The notes beneath the pieces were generated by a model, which had not been told where the DNA came from, did not search any database, and was given only the letters and a program-made list of their open reading frames with translations. A program made the position numbers and the translations under genes. Below are positions 61,937 through 64,000 of a stretch of DNA of 64,000 nucleotides, piece after piece; positions within the stretch are counted from its first letter, which is position 1; each line of letters starts with the position of its first letter. Source of the stretch: Anolis carolinensis (taxonomy: Eukaryota); NCBI RefSeq assembly GCF_035594765.1, contig NC_085842.1, forward strand, positions 92,790,782 through 92,854,781. The letters run 5' to 3'.

Positions 61937-63145
61937 AGGGAGGCATATAATGACCTTTCTCTGTCTGCAGTTTTAGTAACTGAATGACTGTTTCAGAGAG
62001 TAAAAATGGATTTTCCATACACTGTTCATTCAGCTCTTACACATGGTGTGTGCAAGGAGAGAACAGATGGAGAGGTCAGCAAATAGAAAAAAGTGTCACA
62101 CCCTATTAGTTACTGAGCATACTCAAAATAAGAAATAGATATTATGTCTCTGAATTGGTTGAATGCATAAGAGTCATAGCTACATATGAAATGATTTTGT
62201 AGAAATGCTGGTTGTTTTGCACTGGTTCATTTTAAAGAAGGTGATGCTGGTTGTCGATTGGTCATTTATCTTTTTCCTTTTCACAATTGAGAAAGATCTA
62301 AAATTGAAAGCTATAGATGGAAGTATCCATGACATTACAATATCCATTCCTGCAGTCATACAGAATAAAGTGGTATCTGTATGCAAGGGGTAACAGTAAC
62401 TTACAAATGAACTGGGAGAATTAAGTTGGTAGCATAAGCTTCTGTAGTCCTAGTCATCTTCCTCAGATGCAACAAGCCTCTCCACAGGAAGTACAGTCTG
62501 TCTGCAAAAGCTTTTGCTACCAACTTCTTTATCTAGGGACCTCATCAGATGGAGGTCAAGAAAAAGGAGGTTGACAAGAGGGGAGCAGCGAGGGAAATGT
62601 AAAAAGAGTGAGGTGGATTGGCATTATCTGAAAGCAGAGGAAAGACTTATCATATGTAAGTCATAGTCAGGTTTGTTACAGACAACTATTGAAAACCATT
62701 CACCTCTTTTGGCCTTGCACCAGAAAATTCAAAAATGCAAATTCAAAAAGTGATGGTTTATACCTCCTCTCTGTGCAATGGTATGATGTCTATGTCATGC
62801 ATGAAAATGTGGTCGTGAGCAAAGGAAAAGTTCAAGAAAAAGAACATATGAAACAATGATCTGCCTCTATTGTATTCTGTTATGATGAGCTGCCACTTCT
62901 ATGAGTTCAACTTTGACCAAGGATACTTTTTTGAGGCACATGATCCATTTGTATAGTTGAACCAAAAAGGCAGAAATAGTGAGAAATATCTGGCTAACAA
63001 TCTGTGGAACCAAATATCATCAGGAATCCATGCATTTATGAACTTGTGATATGTTTTTTGCCAACCCCCGCCCCTAATGTATAGGTTTGAAGCTACACTT
63101 TAAAAATATCTGCATTAAAAGATCTACACAAATGGGCTTTAGTAA

Positions 63146-63430
63146 GGTAAAGGTAAAGATTTCCCCTGACATTAAGTCCAGTCGTATCCGACTCTGGGGG
63201 TTAGTGCTCATCTCCATTTCTAAGCCGAAGAACCGGCGTTGTCCGTAGACACCTCCAAGATCATGTGGCCGGCATGACTGCATGGAGTGCCGTTACCTTC
63301 CTGCCAGAGCGGTACTATTGATATACTCATATTTGCATGTTTTTGAACTGCTAGGTTGGCAGAAGCTGGGGCTAACAGAGGGCGCTCATTCCGCTCCCCG
63401 GATTCGAATTTGCGACCTTTTGGTCACCGG
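63146..63430 (-). mobile_element. Sauria SINE with an apparent deletion in the tRNA-like head
   Basis: (ACCTTT)n tail, typical body, 12-bp TSD GGGCTTTAGTAA (63134-63145 and 63431-63442). Confidence 0.9.
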
Positions 63431-63709
63431 GGGCTTTAGTAATTGGGCATAAAAGTGTACGTTTAAAGCATTGGACAAAAAATGGGTATATTTTGGAAAG
63501 TACAGATGTGCACGCAAACATATTTTAATTTATTAGAACATATACTTCACAGTATAATAAACAGTTCAGCAATAAGTGTCTTGAAGAAAACCTGTTCAGA
63601 CATTGACATAGAAAGCAATTACAGACAGCCCTGGATTATGAACAAGATAGGTTCTGTGGGTTAGTTCTTAAGTGGAATTTGCATGTAAATTAGAACAGGT
63701 ACATTTTAA

Positions 63710-64000
63710 ACAACAACAACTAATTTGTTATTGGCCTCTCCCTGAGGCTCGAGGTGGGATGCAACATCATTAAAAGAGGAGAAAAACACTATTAAAAGAC
63801 ATACAACAAAATACACAGAGTTAAAGTACAAGTTAAAATCCACTGATGATGTACAGATTAAAATTCAGAACTCAACATTGACCAGGTAGGCATAACAGAA
63901 GAGATGGGTCTTCAACTGTGTCTTAAACTGATCTAGCTGTCAGAGCTCTTCTGGCAGGTCATTCCACAGTCTTGGGGCAGCTGATGAAAAGGTCCTCTGG
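63710..64000 (-). mobile_element. L2-like LINE 3' fragment running off the right window edge
   Basis: GGCAGGTCATTCCACAGTCTTGGGGCAGCTGATGAAAAGGTCCT encodes RTFSSAAPRLWNDLP on the minus strand. Confidence 0.7.

Overview
AT-rich vertebrate nuclear DNA. The repeat repertoire (Sauria SINE, L2-tailed tRNA SINE, 5S-derived SINE, Vingi, Penelope, many MITEs) points to a squamate, most likely an Anolis-type lizard; this is an inference. I could not recognise any host protein-coding exon, so the window looks intergenic or intronic and is dominated by transposable elements. The main elements are a dead L1 (1-3260, minus), a Penelope 3' fragment carrying a minimal hammerhead ribozyme, a TSD-flanked Vingi LINE, an internally deleted RTE derivative, a solo LTR, and a very young, apparently intact 5675-bp Ty3/Gypsy element (52832-58506) nested in a composite Helitron-like element. 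The Gypsy element is the most interesting object. Its primer-binding site is complementary to the first 11 nt of its own predicted transcript (Tf1/sushi-type self-priming). Its single gag-pol ORF has a consensus splice donor at the Gag/protease boundary and a T-rich acceptor just after the pol stop. Joining them gives an in-frame Gag-only mRNA whose new C-terminus is encoded by the PPT and the U3 of the 3' LTR, and which keeps every recognisable reverse-transcription signal. All family names come from recalled sequence patterns, not database searches. An N gap lies at 35892-36027.
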